Of a stretch of 64,000 nucleotides of DNA, positions 13,606 to 25,781 are shown one piece after another. Position 1 is the first letter of the stretch. The number at the start of each line of letters is the position of its first letter. The translations under genes were made by a program, and so were the position numbers. Origin of the DNA: Zootoca vivipara (Eukaryota); the NCBI RefSeq assembly GCF_963506605.1, contig NC_083280.1, forward strand, positions 4,774,001-4,838,000, written 5' to 3'. The notes beneath the pieces are model-generated. The model did no database searches and was not told the origin of the DNA. It worked only from the letters and a program-made list of their open reading frames with translations.

Positions 13606-13611
13606 AATAAA
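13606..13611 (+). terminator. Probable polyA signal of LRCH3 exon B isoform
   Basis: AATAAA ending an AT-rich, TGTA-rich block (13380-13610), followed by a TGTGTTTGTG downstream element. Confidence 0.65.
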
Positions 13612-14394
13612 GGCTGAAGCTTTAAAACCTGTGTTTGTGAACAGAAGCATTTATTCTTCAGTGGGTTTCTCCAATCTCTTACGTGCCCTGGATTGCTTCT
13701 CTCCTGGGAGAGGGAGGTTGAGCAGCCTCGTTCCTTTGCTTGTTCAACATCACAACATCAAATGTGTTGCTGCTCCCAAGGGTTCATCAAGTTCCTGTAG
13801 GATCAAGTTGGGATCCTATTCTGCGTATGCAGCATGTGTTAAGGGTAGTTGTCATGTTAATAACTACTTGGTTTTGCTAGTTTTCTAAGGTCTTCATGTA
13901 CATGCCCAATATAGGAACCACTCCTAGGGTCCAATGTCCCTTCTGCCCTCCCACCCCCCATAAAAAATTTGAGGCAGCTGCGCCCCCCCCCCATTGATGG
14001 ACATTGCCATTTAAATGGTCTTGTGATTTATTATGTGGGGCATCAATATCTGCCCCCTCCAATATTTTATTCAGTTTGGCACCCCTGATGTCCACTTATC
14101 ACCAGTGACATTCTTCATGGTATACATGCAGTTAAAGCTTAAAAACGTAATTTACATGAGCAATCTTGTGGAGATGACAGACCATTTTTCTTTGCAGCTT
14201 TCCTGAGCTCGAGCAGAGGGTGGGGAGACAAGATACAAGATTGCATCATATGGTCCAGAGTAACTAACACAAAATGTTGGTATGGCCTGTTCACTTCCGA
14301 AGCAAGAAAAATAGAACCAGCAGCTTCAATGCCCTTCTGCTGACTGGGACCAAAATAGCAAGATCTCACTGCCTTGAGCCAAGTGCTAAAAGCT

Positions 14395-14400
14395 TTTATT
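14395..14400 (-). terminator. Probable IQCG polyA signal
   Basis: TTTATT on + (AATAAA on -) about 110 nt past the IQCG stop codon. Confidence 0.55.
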
Positions 14401-14512
14401 AATTCTGGTCCTTTCAGCAAAGACATACAATTGTCCCATTCCTTCATCCCACAAAACCGTGTTTCCCAAACGCCCAGTGTGGAGATGGCGCAAGAGCTGG
14501 GCTCTATTCCCA

Positions 14513-14656
14513 TCACTTTTTCTTCTTCGCTCCAGGTTTCCCTTTGCCCTTCTTCCCCTTCTCTTTGGGTGGTTGCTCTTCTTCCCAGAGTTTTTTGAGG
14601 GCCTTGTAAGGGCCAAGGAATCTGCGGACCATCATGCCTCTCCACCAGGCCTGCAG
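14513..14656 (-). CDS. IQCG: IQCG/DRC9 coding exon 10 (IQ motif, Lys-rich tail, stop)
   Basis: LQAWWRGMMVRRFLGPYK...GKKGKGKPGAKKKK*; IQ motif; tttcag acceptor, phase 0. Confidence 0.93.
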   Translation of the reverse strand: MQAWWRGMMVRRFLGPYKALKKLWEEEQPPKEKGKKGKGKPGAKKKK

Positions 14657-15938
14657 CTGAAAGCAAGGAAGAGGAGAAGGGTGTGCATGCAGAAAGGAGA
14701 CACGGGGGGTGCCCACACTACCTTCAAGCTGTTGCTCAAGCTTTGCCAAAAATGGGCTCCCAGAAATGACTGCTGTGCTACAAGCTCAGTTTCCCTAGGC
14801 TGCCCCCCCCCAACCTCTCTAATGAAGCAGGCCTGGCTTGAGTCCAGCATTCCATCTGCTGCCTGTCTGCTCCAAGTCAGCCACAGCATCTAATGCCCAC
14901 ATTCATCCCATCTCTGCCAGCTCAAGCTGCAGAAAGGCGCAGCCTTGGATACACTCCAAGAAAGCATCTGAGTGGGAAATAAATGACATCTGTTGCAAAA
15001 TGTCCCTGGGCAGCCAACATCCGAAGGCACGCTGCTGCTGCTGCTGCTGCTGCACTGAGGAGAGCAAATGGGTGGCTAGGATTGGATTTTGGCTATCCAT
15101 GAAGCCAAGCACAAGGCTGCTTCTCACTTCTGCAATATGGTCATGCCTAGATGAACAGGTTCTGCACTTGTTCAAATATGTTTCTTAATGTGGTACGGCA
15201 AGGTCTGCTATTCATGTAAACAACTGATAAACAAATTATACTTCATGCTGTACCCAGCTGCTGGCTAGAAAGAGCTACAGAAATGGCTATGGATCCCACA
15301 GTGTTTCAGGCCTCACTTAATAATGTCTTCCTATATGCATGTTTTCCCCTCTTCCAGGCCAGTCCTGCAGCTGATGGAACTGAAAGTGCTGGTCTCTGGC
15401 TAGATAAGACTGTTCTTTGTGACACAATCTCTGGCTGCCTCTTTTACCATACAAGGATGGTCCAGGGAAGACCCTGCTTCTTGTTTAGCTGATGATGCTT
15501 ATTGGAGGAAATGTCTCTGTTAGGTTAAGGAGAGTTGCACTGGGGGAGGTTGGAAAGAACCCCTAAGCACCCTACAGAAGCAGATGATTCTGCCACCATG
15601 CCCCCCCCCCCGCTTGGCACATTTTTAAGGCACAGAAAAGGATTAGAGGCCCATCCAGATCTGGAGTCCTGAAAGGGGAAGCCATGAGATCGAGCAGCCT
15701 TCCCCAAGCGATTTGCGCTGCAACTCTCAGCCCCAGTCAGCATGGCCAGCAAGTGGGGGGGGGGGAAGTGTTGTGGTTCAGCCACATCTGGGGGGCTATA
15801 CAAAGCAAAGGAGATGATCTGCTCCACATGTTGGGATAGGGGCAGAAGACATGGTGGAGGAAGAGGTTTTCTCCCCACCCCCACTTCCAATTTTTAGTCC
15901 CAGGACTCCAAAGGTGAGGCAATATTGACTCCTCTTAC

Positions 15939-16040
15939 CTTCAGGATACTTCTCAACTCCAGAGCATCCTGTTCTACTTTCTTCCTTGCATTTTCCTTTT
16001 CCTTCCGGTCCTCAATTATAGCTTGTTCGCATATAAGACA
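15939..16040 (-). CDS. IQCG: IQCG coding exon 9
   Basis: CLICEQAIIEDRKEKENARKKVEQDALELRSILK; AG and GTAAG boundaries, 102 nt, phase 0/0. Confidence 0.92.
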
Positions 16041-16269
16041 CTGTAGAATGCAAAGACACCTTTAACTTGAGCTTGGAGTTGGGCTTTTGCTGTCACCTCT
16101 CACCCCTGGACTCCTTCCTTAGCTTTCTAAGGTCCGTAGCAAATTGGAGCAGCAGTGAGGATGTGTGGATAGAGTGACCCCACATATAGCTGCCGTGGAT
16201 CACCAATGGACCGAGGCGCCTGACCTTTGCACAGACGGTTGTAGCCCCACCATCAGCTTTACTCCCTAC

Positions 16270-16401
16270 CTGCTTGGCCAGTTCCTGTAGCGCTGCCTGG
16301 TCAGCTGCTCTGGAGGCCTTCAGGGAATTGAGCTCTTGCTGCTTGGCTTCTGTATCCCTCTCGTACTTGTCCATCCAATACTCCAGCTTCTCTTCTATGC
16401 T
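16270..16401 (-). CDS. IQCG: IQCG coding exon 8
   Basis: [44 protein letters not shown]; 132 nt, canonical sites. Confidence 0.93.
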
Positions 16402-17319
16402 CTGCGACACACACAGGTGGATACTTCACAACACTCTGCATTTATCTCCTGACCGTTCCAGGGCATGGCTTAGAGCCTGGCGCCTCATGCAATGACATGA
16501 TATTGGAGGGCTTGCAGAATGAGGTGCTCGGTGGGGACTTGGGCATGATCAGCTTATCACCTTGTCTAACTCTCTCTCGCTGTCGGAACGCTATTTCAGA
16601 GATCAAAGCTACGGTTCCAGTCGAAAGGTTTGTCTCATTTCCTGTATATACACAAAGCAACTGAAGGGAACGGGGATGATCTGTGCATGCAAGGTGGCGC
16701 GCTTGTGTGTGTAAGGAGCAGCAATAAGGGGAAGAAAGAGAGTCACAGGGAACTGGAATGGGCAATAGGCTGCTGTGTGCAGCACCTTAGATGCTTTCTA
16801 AATCTGAAGTTCCCTATGAATTCCACCCCCAAGATAGCTTCTGTCTGAGGCCCGAGGTGGTCAACATGTGTGCCAGCAGCTCTATTCTATTCCGCTTGTC
16901 CGAAAAGGTGGGGTACAAAGTAAAGAGGGATCTGTTGTGCAGGGGGTATTTGGAATGGAAGAGCAATTATGTGAGCCATGTGCACGCACAAACACACCTA
17001 CCATGTGCAGTTTAAAGAGGTACAGCTCAGCCCCGGGTTTCTAGACCTCTGATCTTTAGATGCAGTAGGGTCTGGGTCCACTTGCTAGCTCAACCCATAG
17101 GAAGTGTATGTCAATGGAAAGTAATGATTTGGATTAAGGGTGGGGATCACATAAACCTCTGAAGAACAAGGAAGTAGATCTAGCAGTTGGCTGGAGAGTG
17201 GATGGCATTACAAAAAGTTATAGCGCAGATGGAGGACCTGTAGCCTCTAGAAGTTGGATGCCAACTTCCATCAGCCTAGCCACCATGAACAGTGGTTAGG
17301 ACAGATGGAAGCTGTAATC

Positions 17320-18026
17320 CAACAACAACAATTTATACCCCGCCCATCTGGCTAGGTTTTCCCAGCCACTCTGGGCAGATTCCAACAGAATATTAAAATA
17401 TAATCTATTAAAGATTAAAAGCCTCCCTAAACAGGGCTGCCTTCAGATGTCTTCTAAAAGTTTTCCTAGTGTATCTGAAGAAGTGTGCATGCACACGAAA
17501 GCTCATACCAAAATATAAACTTAGTTGGTCTTTAAGGTGCTACTGAAGGAATTTTTTTATTTTGCTTCGACTCAGACCAACACGGCTACCTACCTGTTTC
17601 TAAAAGTTTGGTACTGTAGTTGTTGTTCTCTTTGACATCTGATGGGAGGGCGTTCTACAGGGCGGGTGCCACTACTGAGAAGGCCCTCTGCCTGGTTCCC
17701 TGTAACTTGGCTTCTCGCAATGAGGGAACCGCCAGAAGGCCCTCGGCGCTGGACCTCAGTGTCCGGGCAGAATGATGGGGGTGGAGACACTTCTTCAGGT
17801 ATACTGGGCCGAGGCCGTTTAGGGCTTTCAAGGTCAGCACCAACACTTTGAATTGTGCTCAGAAACGTACTGGGAGCCAATGTAGAACTTTCAAGACCGG
17901 TGTTATGTGGTCTCGGCGGCCGCTCCCAGTCACCAGTCTAGCTGCCGCATTCTGGATTAGTTGTAGTTTCCGGGTCACCTTCAAAGGTAGCCCCACATAG
18001 AGCACATTGCAGTAGTCCAAGCGGGA
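17320..18026 (-). mobile_element. L2 LINE 3' fragment
   Basis: Minus-strand translation [34 protein letters not shown]...RAFSVVAPAL, typical L2 ORF2 C-terminus. Confidence 0.8.
17464..17597 (+). mobile_element. Penelope-like pLTR fragment with hammerhead (17471-17508), nested in L2
   Basis: Same pLTR sequence; 12-bp TSD TTCTAAAAGTTT at 17452-17463 and 17598-17609. Confidence 0.82.
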
Positions 18027-18092
18027 GCTGGAGTGTCACAGGTTCCACATCTCTGAGCTAAATGGGGCACCAGAAAGCTTTGTGCCACTTAC

Positions 18093-18167
18093 CTTTTGCT
18101 GCTGCTTAAGGAAATTCTCAATGTCCATGTGGACTCTTATCTCCTGCTCAGTTTGATTCCTCAGTTT
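18093..18167 (-). CDS. IQCG: IQCG coding exon 7
   Basis: KLRNQTEQEIRVHMDIENFLKQQQK; 75 nt, ttacag and gtaagt sites. Confidence 0.9.
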
Positions 18168-19022
18168 CTGTAATGGGAGAAAGATTTTGCATCAAACTTT
18201 CTTTGGTTCTAAGCCAATGCCAAGAGGGTTCCCCTGAAGACCTAGGGAGCGCATGCACCACATCCCTCTCTATGGCATGTTGCAGAGTGAGTTGATGGCC
18301 CAGGCGTAGTATATAGTTGTACAAAAAAATGGTCAACGATGCCATCCCTAAATTCTGCCCTCGTTTTCACTGCTGCCAGCCCCATCTCATGACTTGGCTA
18401 GCCATACAGTGATTGAAGGTTGTAATAAAAGACTAATAGAAACTGAGAACACTAAGCAATTGAACCAGGTTAAGTCAATTGAATGTGAAAACCATGAAGA
18501 ATATCCTGCATACGAGCCAGGTAGAACATTAAATTTGCATGCAAGAGGCACCAAATCCCACTCCTTGCCATTTAGGATCAGGTAGCAGGTGATGGGGAGG
18601 ACCCTGCCCAAGACCTCAGAGAGCCTCTGCCAGTCCGAATGGACAAGCAGTCTGACCTGATATAATGTAGTTTTCTATTAATACCAAGGTTAGCCCTTGA
18701 CTTGATCGGGAGTTCGAGCAACTGCTGCTCACTTAATCTGAACTAAGGTTCAGCACAAGCCTTGTTTCTGGCACCAGGAGGACTCAGCTCTCCAAAAAAG
18801 TTAGTATTCCTGGGTTGCCTGTGGAGTAACCACACAGCAGCCCTCTTTGGGTTGAGGATGCTCAACCAAAAGTCAGGTTACGCTGCCGAGAAAAGTATAT
18901 ACCAGGACGCTGAACAGTGGCTGCCTCTATGCTGAGGCCACATATGTCATTAAGGCATGCCCCACACTCTACTGCAGATCACCTCCCCTACAAATGCATA
19001 TGGCCCAGGGCAAAGTGCTTAC

Positions 19023-19184
19023 GTCAATTTCATTCTGCAGATCATTCTCGGCCTCAGAGCATTTCATCTGCGTTTGAGCCACCTGGAGGTCTGTGTCCTT
19101 CTTGACGTAACGATTCTCCATGTCTGTTTTAGCTTTCATCTCTTGAAGCTGGTCTTTGAGGTATGCAATCATCTCATTCCGATT
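19023..19184 (-). CDS. IQCG: IQCG coding exon 6
   Basis: [54 protein letters not shown]; includes the [11 protein letters not shown] signature. Confidence 0.94.
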
Positions 19185-20483
19185 CTGTGGAATGAGAGAG
19201 TGGGTGAGTGGGTGGGTAAGTAGGTAGGACTACAAGCAAGGGAGACTTCATGTGCTGGTCTGTGGTCATACTCAGACGTGCTGCTTAAGACTGAACTGGC
19301 TTTGGCTTCTGCCTTGCCTTGCCTTGCCTTGCCTTGCCTTGCCAGGGTATGGATGGGCTTGCAACTCAACAGTGTGTCCTATGGAACATTCCAACCTTCT
19401 TCTCACTGACATGTCTGGACTGTACCACTCCAGATGGGGGTTTACATCACTGAATGCTCCTCTGTACAAAAGATTCCTTTTCTTTGGTGTGCCACTTTTC
19501 TACATACATGGATTTCTCCTTTTATAAAAAATGAGCCCACCCCTACATGTTGTAGTCCCGACACAGGTCGACTATCTCAGGATATCTAGGCCTTTAAGAA
19601 TGACTTCTGTTTTGCCACTAAGGTCTGACTCACTGACTACTGTATTTGGGGATGAAAAATAAACATCCTGTTAGGCAGCTGTAAGTTTTAAAAGAGGAAA
19701 ACTCAAGCTCAAACAGGATCCACTGACTGTAATATGCCTGTTTGAAGCGAGTGCAGGACAGACTGTTGCAGAATAACCAAATTCTCCATTCAGCAGGCAA
19801 AGCCTTCCGCACTATGTTGTGGGTTGCGCTGGGGGAGGGCTTTTGGGGGAGGGCTTTGGTCTGAGACTAGAGCTGCTAAAAGTACATGGGAAGGAATTCT
19901 ATCTTTGAAAAAGGGGGTTAGCAACTGAGTCCTGCCAGCACAGGAATCCATGTAAGTACCAGCCCCACGATAGTTGTGACACATGGAGGAGGAGTGTAGC
20001 TTTTTATTAAGGTCCTAGAATTTAGTGCCAGAAACACTTGGACTCTGATGTTAGCAAATGCAAATGAGATGTAAAAATCAGACCAAAGGCCCACGGGTCC
20101 CAGTGCTGGGTATCCAGCAGCACCGGACTCAGTTGCCTCTGAGAAACAACCAAGTGGAATTTGCTACCAAGAAGTGTGGTGGAGTCTCCTTCTTTGGAGG
20201 TCTTTTCCTGCTTGGCAGGGGGTTGGACTGGATGGCCCTTGTGGTCTCTTCCAACTCTATGATTCTATGAACCAAGCATCCTCCCTCCTCAGTCTGTTAT
20301 CCCTCCTCTATAACACAGCTAGTATTCTGAACATGAAGGTTCTCTTAAACCAGAGGTAGGCAACCTAAGGCCCATGGGCCACAAGCGGAGGGACTGTCCC
20401 AAGAACAACAAATCAGAAAAAAACTTTTTAGTGATGACCAATGTGCATGGATAGATCTGAGCTTCCAGGTGTTTTATCTAACC

Positions 20484-21228
20484 CAGTGGTTCCCAACAGG
20501 TGGTCTGGGGACCCCCAGGGGTCCGCGAGCTATGCCAGAGGGGTCCGCAAGATGCTATTAGAATAAAAAATATATTAAATATATTTTGTATGATAACAGA
20601 TTTTTTGTTTTGGCCGCTTCCTGCATGAGCAGAGTCTAGTGCAAAACTAGAATTAGATAGAGACAGTAGTTCTGCTGTATGCCGTTAGGTGGCGCTTTAC
20701 AAACACTACTGTTTTGCAAAGAGGCAGCGTGCGCATTCTACTAACGCTCACCTCCCCAAGATGCTTTGCGCGCATCGGCTTCATTTGTGCGCTACTGCGC
20801 AGGTACCCTGTCTTCTCCATTCCCCTCCCTCCTCCCTAGCGCGCGCTGCCTCTTTGCAAAACAGTAGTGTTTGTAAACAAAGCGTTGTTTTTCGTGGAAG
20901 CTACAGTTCGCGTAGTTAAAAATGGACCGTTGGTTAAAAAGTGGTTCGTTAAAACGACAAAGGCCTACAGATGAAGAGGAAGATAATGCATTTGATGTTC
21001 AAGCAAGTAAGTCAGTGACTCTCGAACCGATCTTGTCAGTGTCCATTGAACCTAAATCGTCGGCGTCCCTTGAACCTAACCCTTCCAAGATCAGTGTTAA
21101 GCTTACTGGAAAAATTAGATTAGGAATTAGGAATTAGATTTAGGATTAGGATTAGGAATTAATGGGGGTCCTTGTCACAATAGCGGCTCGATGAGGGGTC
21201 CTCGAGAAAATTTTGTTGGGAACCCCTG
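20484..21228 (+). mobile_element. Internally deleted hAT (Charlie/Buster-type) DNA transposon
   Basis: TIRs CAGTGGTTCCCAAC / GTTGGGAACCCCTG; 8-bp TSD ATCTAACC; truncated ORF MDRWLKSGSLKR from 20922 resembling a transposase N-terminus. Confidence 0.85.
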
Positions 21229-21440
21229 ATCTAACCCTTTCTTAAAGCCATCTAAGCCCCAAATCCACAAATAAATGCTGGCATTTACTTATGTGCTCTG
21301 CTGCATTCCCTAGATTTGGAAACTTTCTGCTGTGCAGAGCCCATTTTTCAGCCTGAGCTGCACCTGTTGTGTGCTAATTTTATTAATTTCATACTGCATT
21401 TCAAAGGGGGGTTAAAAGGGTGTGACTGCCTAAAGCTCAC

Positions 21441-21522
21441 CTGTAACTCAAACTCCTTTTCCTTCTTGACATCACTGAGCTGCTTCTGGAGACTCTTTAT
21501 CTTCTTCCTTCCCATCTCTTCC
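21441..21522 (-). CDS. IQCG: IQCG coding exon 5
   Basis: (R)EEMGRKKIKSLQKQLSDVKKEKEFELQ; 82 nt, phase 2/0. Confidence 0.92.
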
Positions 21523-22378
21523 CTAGAAGGTGAGAGGGGAGGGAAAGGAAATCCCTGGTTTCCTGGGGCACATCAAGACTTAGGCCGGAAAGGGGACTTT
21601 TGAGCATGCACCCAGAGTTCCCTCTTGTCAGTTGGCAGCAAACTGGCAGGTGCTTTATCAAACTCAAGAAGCAGGCCATGTGACGATGATTATGATTTTA
21701 TTATTCATATGCCGCCCATCCGACTGGGTTGCCCCAGCCACTCTGGGCAGCTCCCAACAAAATATTAAAAACACAATAAAACATCAAACATTAAAATTAT
21801 TATTAAGGTGCTCTATGTGTATCTGATTCAGAAACTACAACTAGTGCAGAATGCAGTGGCCAGACGGCTCACAGGAGCAGATTAAATGAAATAAATAGAA
21901 ATTACTGGCAGGACAACCCTCTGCTGCTGAGAGAGCTGTGATGGTTACCAATTCACTACTGGGTCAGGTTCAAGGGTCTTGTGTTAATTCACAAATCCCA
22001 AAATACCTAAAAGAGCACCTGATCCCTTATGCTCCACCAGATCACTGACATCCTCTGATGGGGCACTTCTGGTGGTTCCTCCCTGATATTTGGTTGGCCT
22101 TCACCGGGTGCTGAGCCCTTGGGTTGGCAGGTCCTGTTCTGTGGGACTCCGCCGGAAACAGTGGTGGAACCACAGCAAACGCCCGTTTATTGTGTGAGGA
22201 GCAGCTGTAAGGCGGAGCTCTTTGGCTCATTCTCTCCATTTATTAAGGAATGGCACTAGTGGCTGATGAGAGGCCCTGCCTGAGCACCTGGAGAGAGACT
22301 GTCAGTCAGTGTGGGCAATGTTGCACTAGTCAGCCTGCCTAAGTACAAAAGAGGCAGCTTCTGAAATAAAACTCCAAC

Positions 22379-22507
22379 CTGAGGACAAGGTTATGGAGGT
22401 TCAACTTCTTTTCATTTTCCAGGTCCACAGCTAACTGGAGGAAGTGAAAGGTTCCCAGTGTCAGCATTTCCTCTGTCACGTCTTCAAGCACGTCGCTCGT
22501 GTATTTC
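22379..22507 (-). CDS. IQCG: IQCG coding exon 4
   Basis: (R)KYTSDVLEDVTEEMLTLGTFHFLQLAVDLENEKKLNLHNLVL(R); 129 nt, phase 2/2. Confidence 0.88.
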
Positions 22508-22932
22508 CTGGCAGGATAGGAAGGAAGGAAGTGCTTAGTCCAGTAGGCAAAATGACAGGCAAGATTTCCAGCCATTTAGCAATGGGTCCAACCAGATCGC
22601 ATTTCAGGCCCTTTATGACTTAGCACTGGCTGTGCACTCAGGCTAGTTGCAGAGGGGAAGTCTCCCATGGCACCCACCCCCCAGCTGTGGACCTGAGGGA
22701 ACTGCTGCCCTGAGCACAGGGGGGATAGCCTTGACCTCTGGAGGGAGCCCCAAGGCATGCTCAGGGCGAGGGGGAGCGAGGGATGGGGGGAAGCCTTCAA
22801 AAAGACACTCTGGGTAGAAGTGTAAACCCTCAAATAAACAGAAAGTGTAAGAATTCCTCATGAAATCAGAACTCGAAAGAATTTGGTGTAGATAAGCGCC
22901 CTGTGTCCCATTGCCTGACCAAGCGGTCTCAC

Positions 22933-23180
22933 CTGTCCGCCTGAATCTTCTTGAGGTTCTCTGGGGACAATGCGCTCTGCTTTGTGGCAATGGTGAAAAG
23001 GTAGTTGGCCCTCTTCAGCTCATTGCCTGTGTCCTTCAGCTGCCGCCCAAGTTCTGCAATCTTGCCCAGCTCACTGGGGATCTTGGCCTGACTCTCTGCC
23101 CGGGCGTCCATCAGGTTCTTGTACCTCAGGCTCAGCTCCTTCTGGTTTCCAAGAAGGCCCTGGATCTCTGTATCATTAAA
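22933..23180 (-). CDS. IQCG: IQCG coding exon 3
   Basis: FNDTEIQGLL...SPENLKKIQAD(R); 248 nt, phase 0/2; the end matches human ETLKKIQIDR. Confidence 0.88.
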
Positions 23181-24320
23181 CTGAAGAGCAACAAATAAGG
23201 GGCAGAAAAGAGAAAGAAGGAAAACAGTCATAGCTGTGGTTAAGTGATCAGGAGGAAGCCTAATAATAATAATAATAATAATAATATTTATATGCCGAAC
23301 ATCTGACTGGGTTGCCCAGGTGGTTCTCATGCTTCCTCTCCATGTTGAACTAGCTGCTGCAGGCAAACAACTGTGGGGAAATCTTGCCTTCCTGCCCTCT
23401 TTCTGGGCTTCCCAGAAACCACCATTGAAATTACCCAGGTGGAGCCTGGGTTTCACTAATTGAGGCTCTTCTAGGTCTCTCCCCCTAACTTTTCTCCTGC
23501 TTGGGGATTTAGACAGCTGTGGGGAGGCGGGGACTTTCAGTCTTGGCAACTGATCCATGGGACAGGACCTACCAGGGATGAGCTACTGTCCTTCTTAGGC
23601 CTGACACTCCACCAAGATCTCATATAACGAGGGAAATATGGAGCAGTGCTTAATCTGATGAACACAGCCAGCACATCTGCAACATTCTCTGTCTCAGCAA
23701 TCATGTAATTCTGCCCTTGCATGAATGCACACCTGAAGCACGCTGATTTGCATGGGAAAATGAAGCTATCGGTGGTAACGAGGTGAGCTGAAAACTCCAT
23801 AGTAGAGCATATCCTTTGCCTGACTAACAAGGCTGGTGAGACCTTCCCTCAAAGGCCCTGGGGAACTGTTGCCAGTCAAAGCAGATCGGGTTGGGGAACA
23901 TTTTTCATCCAAATCAGGGTGAGAGTTCTGAAGGCCAGACAGAAAGGCCTGGAAGTCTGCATTTGGCCCCCAAGCCTGAGGTTCTCAACCCCTGGAGTAG
24001 ATGGAAGTGAGCAAGATGCATTATTGGTCTGAGTCAGTAATTACGAGCTTCATATTATTTGTGAGTTAGCAGTTGAGACAGATGGCAAGGGCAAAGGATA
24101 CGGTGGAATGAAGCTTTGGGCTGTCCAAGAGCAGGATGATTTTTAACATTATGGGAGATTAACTTCATAAGACTGAGAAGGAACAAAAGAATAAATAAAA
24201 ATAATAGAACGGTAGGATGCTGGGCAAAAATTATCAGGCTGATCCTGATAATAGTGGAGGCAGGGGAAAGAGTGTGAATGCATCCTCAGTTTCCCTCTCA
24301 CAAGTCTGTGATGTACTTAC

Positions 24321-24462
24321 ATCGCTGACATCTTTGCGGCCCTCATAGGAAACTGGCATGATGAAGCCAAGAATGGCAAGCTGGTCAACGCAGTCCTCCA
24401 GTAGAGCAGAAAATCGTACCGCATCCAGAGGCAGGAGCCTTGGTGTCTGGATGGTCAACTCT
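24321..24462 (-). CDS. IQCG: IQCG coding exon 2
   Basis: ELTIQTPRLLPLDAVRFSALLEDCVDQLAILGFIMPVSYEGRKDVSD; matches recalled human [25 protein letters not shown]; phase 2/0. Confidence 0.88.
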
Positions 24463-25243
24463 CTAGCCAAACAAGACAGTATCCACCATTTAGAATGCAA
24501 ACAGAATACTAGAATGCAACCATCCCCAAAACTGGTTGCTGCTGTGGGCGTGCGGGCCCTGAACTTTGCACGTTCAAGTTCCACCGCTAGCATCAGCTAA
24601 AAGCCTCTCCCCAAGACTTGAAGAACAGCCTGCTGCATCAGGCCAGTGGCCCACCCAGTCCAGCATCCTGTCCCCACAGTTGCCAACCAGACCCCTGTGG
24701 GAAGCCTGCAAGCAGGACCTGAGCACATGAGCCATTTCTTCCTCCTGTGGCATCCAGCAACTGGTATTCAGCACTACTGCCTCCAACCATGGCTGGTAGA
24801 CCCTGATAACCTTCATTAAGTTATCTAATTCTCTTTTAACGCTATCCCAGTTGGTAGCCGTCACTGCCTCCTGAGTGAGTTCCAGTTGAACTATGTGCTG
24901 CGTAAAGGACTTTCTTTTATCTGCCCTGAATCTTCCATTAGAGGGATTCACAAGTTCTAGACTTATGAGCGATGACCGTGCATAATTTCATATACTTCTA
25001 TCATGCTACCTCTCTTACTTGCATTTTCCCAAATGCTGCAGCCTTTCCTCATAGGAGAGTCGCTCCATCCCCTGGATCATTTTGGTTGACCTTTTTGACC
25101 TTTTTCTACAACATCCTTTTTGAAGAAGAACTGTTGCACACCGTATTCCTAGTGTGCACACCAAGACCAGGACCTTGCACTTAGCCTGGTAGCTGATTGG
25201 CAGCTCGTTGCAAAGACGATCTAAAAGTAACTGATTATATATA

Positions 25244-25781
25244 CCGTATATTCCGGCGTATAAGACGGCTTTTGAACCCAGGAAAATCTTTTCAAAAGTT
25301 GGGGGGCCGTCTTATACGCCGGGTACAAGAATCTGCGGGCGCTGCATACGGTGGGGGGAGCTCAAAAACGGTCACGGCCGCATCCCCGCTCTCCTCTCTA
25401 TGGCTTTTCCCTTTTCGCTGGCTCTCCCGGCCTCGATTCTCTGCCTCTCTATGGCTTCTTTTCCCCTCGATTCTCTGCCTCTCTTTCTCTCCTCTCTATG
25501 GCTTCTTTTCCCCTCGATTCTCTCCCTCTCTATCTCTCTCCTCCCTATGACTTCTTTTCCCCTCGATTCTCTCCCTCTCTATCTCTCTCCTCCCTATGAC
25601 TTCTTTTCCCCTCTTAATAACTAAAAAAAACCCAAAATCCACCATTTCCCTTGCTGCAGACTTGAGTGCTGGAGAAGACAGCCTCCCCTCCCTGGTGATT
25701 ATATCCCAAACTCTATATTTTAACTTGAAAATTAGGGGGTCGTCTTATATGCCCAGTCGCCTTATACGCCGGAATATACGG
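25244..25781. mobile_element. Tc1/mariner-superfamily MITE with internal minisatellite
   Basis: TIR CCGTATATTCCGGCGTATAAG, TA TSD; CT-rich tandem units of about 49 bp at 25390-25610. Confidence 0.82.

Noticed and set aside
21114-21160. Interstitial telomere
   Set aside because: Units are TTAGGA/TTAGAT rather than TTAGGG and lie within a transposon.
25390-25610. CRISPR-like array
   Set aside because: Tandem units lack unique spacers, sit in a MITE, and the DNA is eukaryotic.
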